Positions 28,201 through 36,668 of a stretch of DNA of 64,000 nucleotides are shown piece by piece; positions within the stretch are counted from its first letter, which is position 1; every line of letters begins with the position of its first letter. The translations under genes and the position numbers were made by a program. The DNA is from Eledone cirrhosa. Its lineage: Eukaryota. Location: NCBI GenBank assembly GCA_964016885.1, contig OZ024756.1, positions 12,338,001 to 12,402,000 of the forward strand, given 5' to 3'. The notes under the pieces are model-generated. The model was not told the origin of the DNA and made no database searches. It saw only the letters and a program-made list of their open reading frames with translations.

Positions 28201-28834
28201 TTGGTATCAATTTTATCAATATCGTAGTGATAAATATAGCCCCCCCCCCCCCCTTGAGCCACGAATGACCATGGTTTTGCACCTAAAAAGTTGCCCTAAG
28301 GCACAAGTCTGGGCAAGGTGTGTTTGGTGGAAGACCAACAGTCGCCCATACCAGTTTCCCCTCTTAACGCCACTGATTATGTCCAAGGGAAAGGCAATGG
28401 CCGATACAGCTTGGCACCAGTGACATCGCAACTCATTTCTACAGCTGAGTGGACTGGAGCAACGGGATATAAAATGTCTTGTTCAAAGACACAAGTTATC
28501 ACCCAGTCGAGGATTCGAAATCACAACCTTGCGATTGTGAGTTCAATGGTAACGAAGGAGAGAGTTCTGAGAGCATAATAGCTAGAATAAGAATAGGATG
28601 GGAAAAGTTTAGAGAACTAGTCCACTTTTATCAACATAATCTTAATAAATAAGATTATGCAGATATATACACAATACTAGAAGAAAAAAAATGCGAGAAA
28701 ACCAACACGCGACAGAGAGCACTAAAGCATCGAAATGTCAACAAAAATATTACAGAATATTACAGAATACTTTTCTAATAATAATAATAAATAATCAACA
28801 GGGATAAAATAACAAATCATAGCATACCTGCCAT
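4737..28834 (-). CDS. NEMO (IKBKG)/optineurin-family coiled-coil ubiquitin adaptor, 5' part (10 exons, 491 codons; continues off the left edge)
   Basis: Ten in-phase GT-AG exons. N-terminal 'VIKEQFAEIKVLRDTLATNNAKMKQHWDRIKLW' (cf. OPTN [33 protein letters not shown]); 'ALKHQVMMLLKE' (cf. NEMO SVKAQVTSLLGE); 'LREAFQQLLEDY' (cf. LQVAYHQLFQEY); last exon ends 'EVLKAQ|' as in NEMO/OPTN before the UBAN core. NEMO versus OPTN orthology cannot be resolved here. Confidence 0.88.
5160..5445. mobile_element. piggyBac-type MITE
   Basis: TTAA|CCCTTTAGCATTTA ... TAAATACTAAAGGG|TTAA; other copies at 11564-12134, 32536-32746, 39740-39961, and partial ones near 17540, 53035 and 60060. Confidence 0.8.
5620..5878 (+). 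mobile_element. R2/R4-type LINE fragment (restriction-like endonuclease)
   Basis: Translates, with a frameshift, as ENDRTTILLDMPINTDREIKTNRPDIVVKDYK..LLINVSIPTDDNISSKEIEKLSKYKDLEI. Confidence 0.8.
5881..6056 (+). mobile_element. Helitron-like 5' end
   Basis: A|TCTTTATATATATAAAAGC...(GT)n...AACCGAATTTGACCAAATTT, typical of Helitron 5' termini. Confidence 0.5.
6057..7014. repeat. 74-bp minisatellite, about 13 copies
   Basis: Unit ctactaggcactgtatatatattatatagagtaccacag...gatagca. Confidence 0.95.
7501..7865 (+). mobile_element. SINE family A copy
   Basis: Same sequence, with an internal ~48-bp duplication. Confidence 0.85.
8479..8569 (-). CDS. NEMO/optineurin-like exon 9
   Basis: tgcag|G GAT CAA ... 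CCA ATG|gtaaga; DQNKRLREAFQQLLEDY. Confidence 0.88.
8620..8816. mobile_element. Tc1/mariner-type MITE
   Basis: TA|CAAGGGTTGCCTGAAAAGATCATAGGCTGAC ... GTCAGCCTATGAGCTTTCAACTGAACCTTG|TA; relative at about 21411-21586. Confidence 0.75.
8755..11240. repeat. 71/73/76-bp minisatellite (about 34 copies) built from the MITE right terminus
   Basis: Unit gagaatctcatttggtcattccatgagagtatcttagtcag(cc)tatga(tga)gctttcaactgacccttgtatgtct. Confidence 0.95.
11325..11477 (-). CDS. NEMO/optineurin-like exon 8
   Basis: ttag|A TGT CAG ... AAA CA|gtaagt; 153 nt. Confidence 0.88.
11752..12090 (-). mobile_element. SINE family A copy nested in a TTAA MITE
   Basis: Reverse complement of 4094-4438. Confidence 0.88.
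13235..13637 (+). mobile_element. SINE family A copy, long-tail variant
   Basis: Same head and body; different 3' tail (…ccatgctagcatgg…gatgat). Confidence 0.88.
13686..13804 (-). CDS. NEMO/optineurin-like exon 7
   Basis: tgcag|ACA ATG GCC ... GAA CA|gtaag; ALKHQVMMLLKE. Confidence 0.88.
14568..15465. repeat. Complex GAGCT/CA-rich minisatellite
   Basis: Units gagctgagctcaccacacataac and gagctgaccttaccatacataca. Confidence 0.9.
15528..15671 (-). CDS. NEMO/optineurin-like exon 6
   Basis: tag|ATT AAG AAA ATG ... ATG ATG|gtaacg; 144 nt. Confidence 0.85.
15856..16092 (-). CDS. NEMO/optineurin-like exon 5
   Basis: tacag|ACT CTT ... AAA ACC|gtaagc; 237 nt. Confidence 0.85.
16215..16275 (+). ncRNA. 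Degenerate hammerhead ribozyme motif
   Basis: gctgt-TTGATGA-hairpin(atagctgtt/aacagttat)-GAAA-tatata-TA-acagc, then AATAAA; lies between TA tracts. Confidence 0.5.
16505..16533 (-). mobile_element. Helitron 3' terminus
   Basis: CCCGAGCAACGCCGGG hairpin followed by TAAATCTGCTAG|T. Confidence 0.75.
18060..18398 (+). mobile_element. Decayed RTE LINE 3' fragment
   Basis: VGHCY..VVLWKPAHGHRSRG..TYLD..MLDRD, typical of the RTE C-terminus. Confidence 0.7.
18445..18684 (-). CDS. NEMO/optineurin-like exon 4
   Basis: aag|GTG TTT GAG ... TGT CAA|gtatgt; 240 nt of coiled coil. Confidence 0.85.
18836..19787. repeat. 16-bp tandem repeat (tagtaagtagttacac) interrupted by a SINE
   Basis: Seen directly. 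Confidence 0.95.
19396..19737 (+). mobile_element. SINE family A copy inserted in the 16-bp array
   Basis: Matches the other copies. Confidence 0.88.
20157..20689 (+). mobile_element. Internally deleted mariner element
   Basis: TA|CGAGGGGGTTTCAAAAAGTTT ... ATTTTTGAAGCACCCCTCG; transposase HTH (IKYLVKLG..QVYGDNAP..KW..FRSGR) followed by the C-terminal KCIGLDGAYFEK. Confidence 0.85.
20945..21111 (-). CDS. NEMO/optineurin-like exon 3
   Basis: cag|AT ACA CTT GCC ... TCA CAG|gtaaa; NEMO N-terminal domain motif NNAKMKQHWDRIKLW. Confidence 0.9.
21850..24162. repeat. 33-bp minisatellite (about 65 copies), stop-free in three frames
   Basis: Unit gtgtcaatgatgtcagtagtgtcatcgtcgacg; intronic. Confidence 0.95.
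24203..24361 (-). CDS. NEMO/optineurin-like exon 2
   Basis: acag|GG TTA GTG ... TTG AGA G|gtaagt; Ser/Pro-rich N-terminus. Confidence 0.88.
24461..25782. repeat. About 95-120-bp minisatellite, about 12 copies
   Basis: Unit tctgttttacataaac...gttaagttatcctctctc...ccccct. Confidence 0.93.
27058..27616 (-). mobile_element. Tandem cluster of SINE family B copies
   Basis: Repeated GAGTTCAAATCCCGCCGAGGT..CTTTGCCTTTCATCCTT..GTCGATAAAATAAAGTACCAG with (ATT)n tails; related copies near 4918-5150, 5450-5605, 7087-7375 and 31228-31393. Confidence 0.8.
28828..28834 (-). CDS. NEMO/optineurin-like: first coding exon (ATG GCA G)
   Basis: ATA ATG GCA G|gtatgc; phase 1 fits the next exon (G|GG TTA). Confidence 0.6.
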
Positions 28835-29324
28835 TATAAAACAGAATAATGTCACAAACTACTCGTTCCTTTAAAGTATCTGCTAGTGAATTTTTAAAAC
28901 ACTTCCTCGTGAAGACTCAAGTATTAATATAGTTGCTGCTGCTGCTTGCTATAATTGACTGTCATGTGCTACAACTAACTTTCTTTACTAAAGAGTTATT
29001 CACAGGGTTTTTTCAGTTTCGCTTCTAAAACAAACTGAAAGTACAGTAATGGTTTTTACCAAAAAAGCAACACCCTCTTTTCTCATCAATATGTTGTTAT
29101 CTACAGAATTATATTTGGAGATTTATATTTATATTATATAAGAAATATTGTATTTGCGTTACATATAAACATGATTTGTCCTCCTTCGTCGATGTGTTAT
29201 CTTTAGAATTATTTAAGTCGACATTTGTATTTATAGTTCATTTATTAATGTAAAATCTGCTATATTTTACGATGTATATAAATAACATTACAAATAATTT
29301 TAAATAAAAAGAAGGAAAAAAAAC

Positions 29325-30706
29325 ACACAGAAGCAGGTAATACATACATCAAGGACCACATACAACACACAAGCAGGTAATACATACATCTAGGACCACA
29401 TACAACACACAAGCAGGTAATACATACATCTAGGACCACATACAACACACAAGCAGGTAATACATACATCTAGGACCACATACAACACACAAGCAGGTAA
29501 TACATACATCTAGGACCACATATAACACACAAGCAGGTAATACATACATCTAGGACCACATACAACACACAAGCAGGTAATACATACATCTAGGACGACA
29601 TACAACACACAAGCAGTTAATACATACATCTAGGACCACATACAACACACAAGCAGGTAATACATACATCTAGGACCACATACAACACACAAGCAGGTAA
29701 TACATACATCTAGGACCACATACAACACACAAGCAGGTAATACATACATCTAGGACGACATACAACACACAAGCAGGTAATACATACATCTAGGACCACA
29801 TACAACACACAAGCAGGTAATACATACATCTAGGACCACATACAACACACAAGTAGGTAGTACATACATCTAGGACCACATACAACACACAAGCAGGTAA
29901 TACATACATCTAGGACGACATACAACACACAAGCAGGTAATACATACATCTAGGACCACATACAACACACAAGCAGGTAATACATACATCTAGGACCACA
30001 TACAACACACAAGCAGGTAATACATACATCTAGGACCACATACAACACACAAGCAGGTAATACATACATCTAGGACCACATACGACACACAAGCAGGTAA
30101 TACATACATCTAGGACCACATACAACACACAAGCAGGTAATACATACATCTAGGACCACATACAACACACAAGCAGGTAATACATACATCTAGGACAACA
30201 TACAACACAGAAGCAGGTAATATATACATCTAGGACCACATACAACACACAAGCAGGTAATACATACATCTAGGACCACATACGACACACAAGCAGGTAA
30301 TACATACATCTAGGACCACATACAACACACAAGCAGGTAATACATACATCTAGGACCACATACAACACACAAGCAGTTAATACATACATCTAGGACCACA
30401 TACAACACACAAGCAGGTAATACATACATCTAGGACCACATACAACACACAAGCAGGTAATACATACATCTAGGACGACATACAACACACAAGCAGGTAA
30501 TACATACATCTAGGACGACATACAACACACAAGCAGGTAATACATACATCTAGGACCACATACAACACACAAGCAGGTAATACATACATCTAGGACCACA
30601 TACAACACACAAGTAGGTAGTACATACATCTAGGACGACATACAACACACAAGCAGGTAATACATACATCTAGGACGACATACAACACACAAGCAGGTAA
30701 TACATA
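29325..30706. repeat. 40-bp minisatellite (about 34 copies) upstream of the NEMO/optineurin-like start
   Basis: Unit cacacaagcaggtaatacatacatctaggaccacatacaa. Confidence 0.96.
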
Positions 30707-31119
30707 TGTAGCGACGTGGTTAATCAGTCTAGTCACTACTTCTGACCAGATCCGAGAATAGTCCTTAGAAGGACTGTTATCGCATACGGTCTGATCAGAT
30801 ATGAAGATAGCCCTTAAAAGGACTGTTGTCACATATAGCCCTTAAAAGAACTGTTGAGGATGGACAGACAAAAGCACAAGTTGAAAGGACGAAGCAAGGC
30901 GAGATGTAAATTCGATCAGCTATTTATTGACAGGGCTAGAGTGTGGTTACCAACTACATCGTCCTGCTTGCTGGAACAAACTGAATGTGCAATGTCTACT
31001 TTGAGAGACGAGAGCTGAATGGGAATAAGAAACTGGTTATGTTGGATAAACTTCAGTTGGACCTTTTCTCCAGACTGGGTGGTGCCTGGTCACAAAAACA
31101 AAGGAACATGAACATCTGT

Positions 31120-31600
31120 CAGAGGTTCTCAAACTTTTCCCCCACCCCTCACGGCCACGTAATACTCTCAGCGTGCACCCCCGTTTCCAGAGAGACCTAC
31201 CTACACACAAATTGAAAATAATATATAATAAATAATTGTTTCTACTTTTGGCACAAGGCCAGCAATTACCCAGTGTATTACTGGTACTTTATTTTATCGA
31301 CCCCGGAAGGATGAAAGGCAAAGTTAACCTCGGCGGGATTTGAACTCAGAATGGCAAGGGCCGTAACTCTATGCGTCAAAGCATGGCGTCCGAATAAATA
31401 ATATCGTTAATTTATATATAAAATATACTATATATGAATAAATATATATTTTTTTATTTTACTATATTTATATATATGTATTGTATCATTTGATATTTAA
31501 TATACTATTATATCATCTCTACTGCCCCCTTAGACCCAGCGCATCCTGGACCTTCTCAATGCCCACCAGGGGGCTGCAGTGCCCACTTTGATAACCTCTG
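31120..31600. mobile_element. hAT (Charlie-like) MITE with nested SINE B
   Basis: TIRs CAGAGGTTCTCAAA / TTTGATAACCTCTG; imperfect 8-bp TSD. Confidence 0.65.
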
Positions 31601-32127
31601 ATCTATGTTGTGAAAAGGTCAGCAGGTGTAGTCATCTTGACCTACTTCACCAACAATCAACTTTTTTTTCCTGGAAAATCAAATAGTTATTCAGAAAAAA
31701 AGTTATGGAAAATAATTACTTCTTTTTCTTCGCCCACTTATTCCTGAGAGGGTCGTGGGGGACAGAGTCCTCAAACACTCCTTCCAGCGGGTCCTGTCAG
31801 AAGCAACCAACTCCAACTGATCCGTCTGGATCCCCAAGTGTGACCAACCATCTTGCTCTGGGTCTCCTACCTATTGGTTTTGCAGATCTACACACAAAAC
31901 GCAAGAGGTGTGTAGGTCTGCAAAACTCAGATGATCTTTTTGCCCCCCCCCCCCTTTCACTCTCCCTTTTCTACAAATCTAGTTGTCTCCAACTGGTTTG
32001 GAAACCATATTCATTGAAGCGAAAAAAAATCATGGAGAAACACAGAGGAGGGAAGCACCCACGTACCTCCTCCATTTTCCAGAAAAAAAGTTGATTGTGA
32101 GCATCTTGGGGGTTAGATTAATTGAGA

Positions 32128-32463
32128 ATCATCATCATCATTTTACGTCCGCTTTTCCCTGCTTGCAAGGGTGGGACGGGAACTGATTCTGGCTTGATTT
32201 CTACAGCTAGATGCCCTTCCTGACACCAACCTCATTTACAGTGAGTGCTGGGTGCTTTTTTGCCGTGGCACCTCCACGACCACTTTGCAGTGGAATGATA
32301 GGGACCCCAGTCCCTATCATCTCATTTCTACAGCTGAGTAAACTGGAGCAATGTGAAATAAAGTGTCTTGCTCAAGGAAACAACACATCACCCGATCTGA
32401 GAATTGAACTCGCAAACTTTCGATTGCAAGGCCAATGCTCTAACCACTAAGCCATGTGCCTCC
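32128..32463 (-). mobile_element. SINE family A copy
   Basis: Matches the other copies. Confidence 0.88.
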
Positions 32464-32535
32464 ATGAGATGTACCTGCATAATTCAATGGTTCAGCTTTG
32501 TGACATTGTTTGTATCAGGCTGAGAACTATGTTAA

Positions 32536-32746
32536 CCCTTTAGCATTTAAACAGCCATATCTGGCCAGAATTCTTTCACATCTTTCTATTCAAACCGACT
32601 GCTCATACTGATGTTAAGGTATTGTTCTCAAAATAAATAATATCAAAATCTCATAGATTCGATATTATGTGAGATAATTATGTGAGGTAAAGCTTTTACT
32701 GTGAAAATCAATAGTATATATATAGAGTAATGTAAATGGTAAAGGG
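32536..32746. mobile_element. piggyBac-type MITE copy
   Basis: TTAA TSD and CCCTTT/AAAGGG termini. Confidence 0.8.
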
Positions 32747-33004
32747 TTAAGGGTTACATGAGTATATCTGTGGAATTCTCGACCTTAACTTATACGTTTA
32801 TTTCAAGAGAAGGCGGTTCTGTCATTGGAATAAATGGAACACTTCATCAAGAATAAATACCGGAAGGAGACGTGTGAGTATGTCTGGCCATTCTCCACAG
32901 TAAGGTAATGCTTTTGCCATTTTGTCGAGGAAACGCAACTGAAACACAACTCAGACTGGGATGCAATGTCTGTCGCTCCCCGCTCTTCCTTTCTTCTGTT
33001 GCTT

Positions 33005-33250
33005 AATTCTTTTTCTTCTTCTTCGCCCACTTATTCCCGAGAGGGTTGTGGGAGCAGAATCCTCACCCACTCCTTCCGGTGGGTCCTGTCAGAAGCAACT
33101 GATTCAGTTGGATCCCCAAGCGAGACCAGCCAAATTCATGAATGTTATCCAACCATCTTCCTCTGGGTCTCCTGCCAGTTGATTTTGCCCATAAAATCTG
33201 TCCACCAATTCTTTCTCCGAGACATTCTAACCCCAAGCCCATAGTATCAG
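33005..33250 (-). mobile_element. RTE LINE 3' end with (GAA)n tail
   Basis: QILWAKSTGRRPRGR..WLDNI; related copy at about 31720-31880. Confidence 0.7.
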
Positions 33251-33669
33251 AGCTGTAATCTCCCAATTCAGAGAAGTAGCGGCTTTACCTGAAGTGACTT
33301 TTTGATCTCAGAACTAGTCACACTATCAAGTAATGTTACTCAAAAGACCCATTGGTGGAACCTCATTTCAGCCACTGGTATTTGTCATCGTATTCTTTCA
33401 GTCAGTATCCAAGATTTATTTCCCTTTTTTGTTCTCTTTTATAGGGTGTTTTGATTTTGTATAAACAGCCTTGTAAAATATAAAATATTGTAAATATATT
33501 ATTGTAAACAGTTGATGTATTTAAAGAATATTGAAGTTTCATCACATTTAATTTGAGTGAATTTGCAAAATATTACGATTAAACTGTTTCTAACCTATGA
33601 ACTAGGTCCTTTGTGTGATCAATCAAATTGTTAGAAATAACAACCAAATCTCCCTCAAATTGCATGACC

Positions 33670-34510
33670 TGAGGTTGTTCTTGATGCTGTCCTTGAAACC
33701 GGAAATGAGGTTATTTTCGGTTAGTGTTGGAGCTTTTTTCCAAGATGGAGCTCACAGTTGCTTTGGGATCCTGCTTTCTTTCATGTGGACAATATGTCCT
33801 CTCCAGCGCATTTGAGATGTTACTTGAGACTCAATGCTTGGACAACCTGCTTTGATAAGGACATGGATGTTAGGAGTTCTATCATCAAGCAATTTGATGT
33901 GTTTGTGGAATAGCACCCAGGCTTCGGTGGAGTATAAAAGAGCAGACAGAACACATGATCTATACACACACACCTTGGTATTGTTGGGAATGTTGCAATT
34001 TGCCCAAACTCTTTTTTCCAATTTTCCGAAGGTAACAGAGGCCTTCTGGATGCACAGATGTATTTCAGCCTCCAAGGAGCCATCATTTGAGAGTGTGCTA
34101 CCCAAGTAGACAAATTTATCTACTACTCCCAACCTAGTTCCATCAACCATGATATGGGGTTCAGTATATGGTTCTCCAGGTGCAGGGGTAAACATTACTT
34201 GGGTCTTTTTAAGGCTGATTCTAAGCCCAAATACTGTACACAAGGATGAGAAATGGTCCATAATATGTTACATGTCAGCTTCTGTGTGTGCTAGGAGGTC
34301 AGTATCGTTGGTGTAAAGAAGGTCTCTGATCAAAGCTTGAAAAGTTTTTGTCTTGGCATTAAACCTTAAGTTGAAAACCTTTCCAGTGGTTCTGAACTGT
34401 AAAAGAATGCCTCTGTCACACTCATGGAAAGAATGTGTGAGCAAGGCAGCAAAGAAGATGGAGAAAAGTGTAGGAGCAGAAATATAACCTTGCTTTACTC
34501 CGTTGTCAAT
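33670..34510 (-). mobile_element. Decayed BovB-like RTE LINE RT fragment
   Basis: NGVKQG..APTLFSIFF, FGLRISLKKTQVM, FVYLGSTLS, MRWRGHIVHM. Confidence 0.85.
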
Positions 34511-34557
34511 ATATTTATATACACATAAATACACTCACACACACACACATATATATG

Positions 34558-34946
34558 CGCATGGCTTAGTGGTTAGAGAATTGGGCTTGCAATCAAAAGG
34601 TTGTGAGTCCAATTCTTAGACTGGGTGATGTGTTGTTTCCTTGAGCAAGACACTTTATTTCACATTGCTCCAGTTTACTCAGTTGTAGAAATGAGATGAT
34701 AGGGACTGGGGTCCCTATCATTCCACTGCAAAGTGGACGTGTAGGCGCCACGGCAAAAAAAAACACCCAGCACTCATTGTAAATGAGGTTGGTGTTAGGA
34801 AGGGCATCCAGCTGTAGAAATCAAACCAGAATCAGTTCCCGTATGAGCAAGACAAGGTCAGCCGACTGGACACTGCCCACAACAGGACAACCCGTCTAAC
34901 CCATGCTAGTGTGGAAGAACAGATGTAAAACGGTGATGATGATGAT
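34558..34946 (+). mobile_element. SINE family A copy, long-tail variant
   Basis: Matches 13235-13637. Confidence 0.85.
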
Positions 34947-34953
34947 CATTCAT

Positions 34954-34984
<31 letters not shown>

Positions 34985-35109
34985 CATGCACACACACAGT
35001 TTCAATCATAAAATGGCTATAAATCAAGCGGAGACATTAGAGAGTAGACAGGACATTTCACGGCTTTATGATGGACATGACAACCTCTGTAGTGCTGGTG
35101 CCATATTAA

Positions 35110-35371
35110 CCTCTTCACGAGATAACTTGTTCTAACATGTTTGCATTCCAGTGCCACGGATGAGATAACTCGTCCCAACATGTTTGAACTTGTTTCCAAC
35201 AGTTCATAACTTCAAAGTTATGAACTCGTTTCCAACAGTTCATAACTTCAAAGCAAGATGGTGTCACTAGTTTATTGATGTGACATTTGTCAATCAACAT
35301 AGTCATTTTACTGGAAAAAAAACCTGGCACAGCAACTGTAGCTGTGTAAAATATACATGGCAGTCAACAGG
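35110..35371. mobile_element. Second TTAA-flanked MITE family
   Basis: TTAA|CCTCTT ... AACAGG|TTAA; related partial copy at about 8340-8465. Confidence 0.55.
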
Positions 35372-35986
35372 TTAAAATGTATTCAATATAACTCTGTAAA
35401 GTGATTGGCATTAAGAAGGTTATCCAGTTGTAGAAACCATGCCAAAATGGAAACGTATGATCGAAAATTAGTTCCCCACTGAGTCATCTTGGAATGTCTA
35501 AGTCTAAAGAGGCTCATGAGGCTGGGAGTAGTTCCAGTTTCCATGGCATGAAACAACTGAGTACAAGACTCCCCCATGGATGGGATTAAAGCCCCAGCTA
35601 TTGCCGGTACCCATTTACAGCCGAGTATACTGGAGCAACAAGAAATGAAGTGTTTTGCTCAAGAACACACAACACACAACCCTGCCCAGGAATCAAACCC
35701 ACAACATTATGATCGTAAGTCCAACAGCCTTACCACTAGGCCATGCGCAGGAGAGTAGTATCTTAAAAAAGAAAACTGACATGGGACAGTTACAACCCAT
35801 GCCAACTTGGAAGACAAATGATGATGATGATAGTGATGCTGATGATACTGATGATGTTAGTAATGATGATGATAGTGGTGATGATGATGATAGTGATGAT
35901 GATGATGGTGATGACGATGATGATGACAGTGATGACAAAAGAAAGAAACAGGAAGAAGCAAAAGACATTTCTTTTTCTTATAAATA

Positions 35987-35992
35987 TTTATT
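35987..35992 (-). terminator. Candidate XRCC1 polyadenylation signal AATAAA
   Basis: TTTATT on the + strand, about 560 nt past the stop and after a CA-rich 3' UTR. Confidence 0.35.
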
Positions 35993-36433
35993 GGAACATT
36001 TATCCAATAGATGTGTGTAAAAATGATTCAAAACATCTGGAGTACATCTGGCAAAATAAACAATATAAAAGATGAAATTAAACCCAGACATCTTTTTGTG
36101 GAGGTAGCATGGAACCATGAGGAGAAAAAAAAAGCGAAAAAAAAAAAAAAAAAAACACTCAAATTTCAAATGAGAATATTTTATGATATAAAATAAAATT
36201 AAAAAAAAAAACACCAAAAGTCATACACGCATACATGTGTGTGCGTGTGTCTGTCTGTCTGTCTCTCTATCTGTCTCTTTCTCCGTCTGTGTGTGTGTTT
36301 GTATGTTTGTCAATCTGTTTGTGTGTGCATGTGTGTGTGTGTGCTTGTGTGATCCACATATGTGTGTGTGCAATCCATGTGTGTGTGTGGTCGGTGAGCT
36401 TGTGTGATCCACATATGTGTGTTGTGTGCGATC

Positions 36434-36506
<73 letters not shown>

Positions 36507-36551
36507 TCGACATGTGTAGTCGACATGTGTGTATGTATGACTCACTGCATG

Positions 36552-36668
36552 TTACTTGACAGATGGAGTGACAATGTGAAGTTGGTAAGGAACCCATTTA
36601 TTCTTCAGATGACAACTGTAAAGCCATTTCGGATGCACAAACGTCAGCTGCGGGTAGTTGGACAATGC
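36552..36668 (-). CDS. XRCC1: XRCC1 last coding exon
   Basis: ttcag|GCA TTG TCC ... GTC AAG TAA; ALSNYPQLTFVHPKWLYSCHLKNKWVPYQLHIVTPSVK*. Confidence 0.95.
   Translation of the reverse strand, partial: ALSNYPQLTFVHPKWLYSCHLKNKWVPYQLHIVTPSVK

Noticed and set aside
35655-36075. Asp-rich and Met-rich ORFs
   Set aside because: Degenerate (GAT)n tail of a retroelement.
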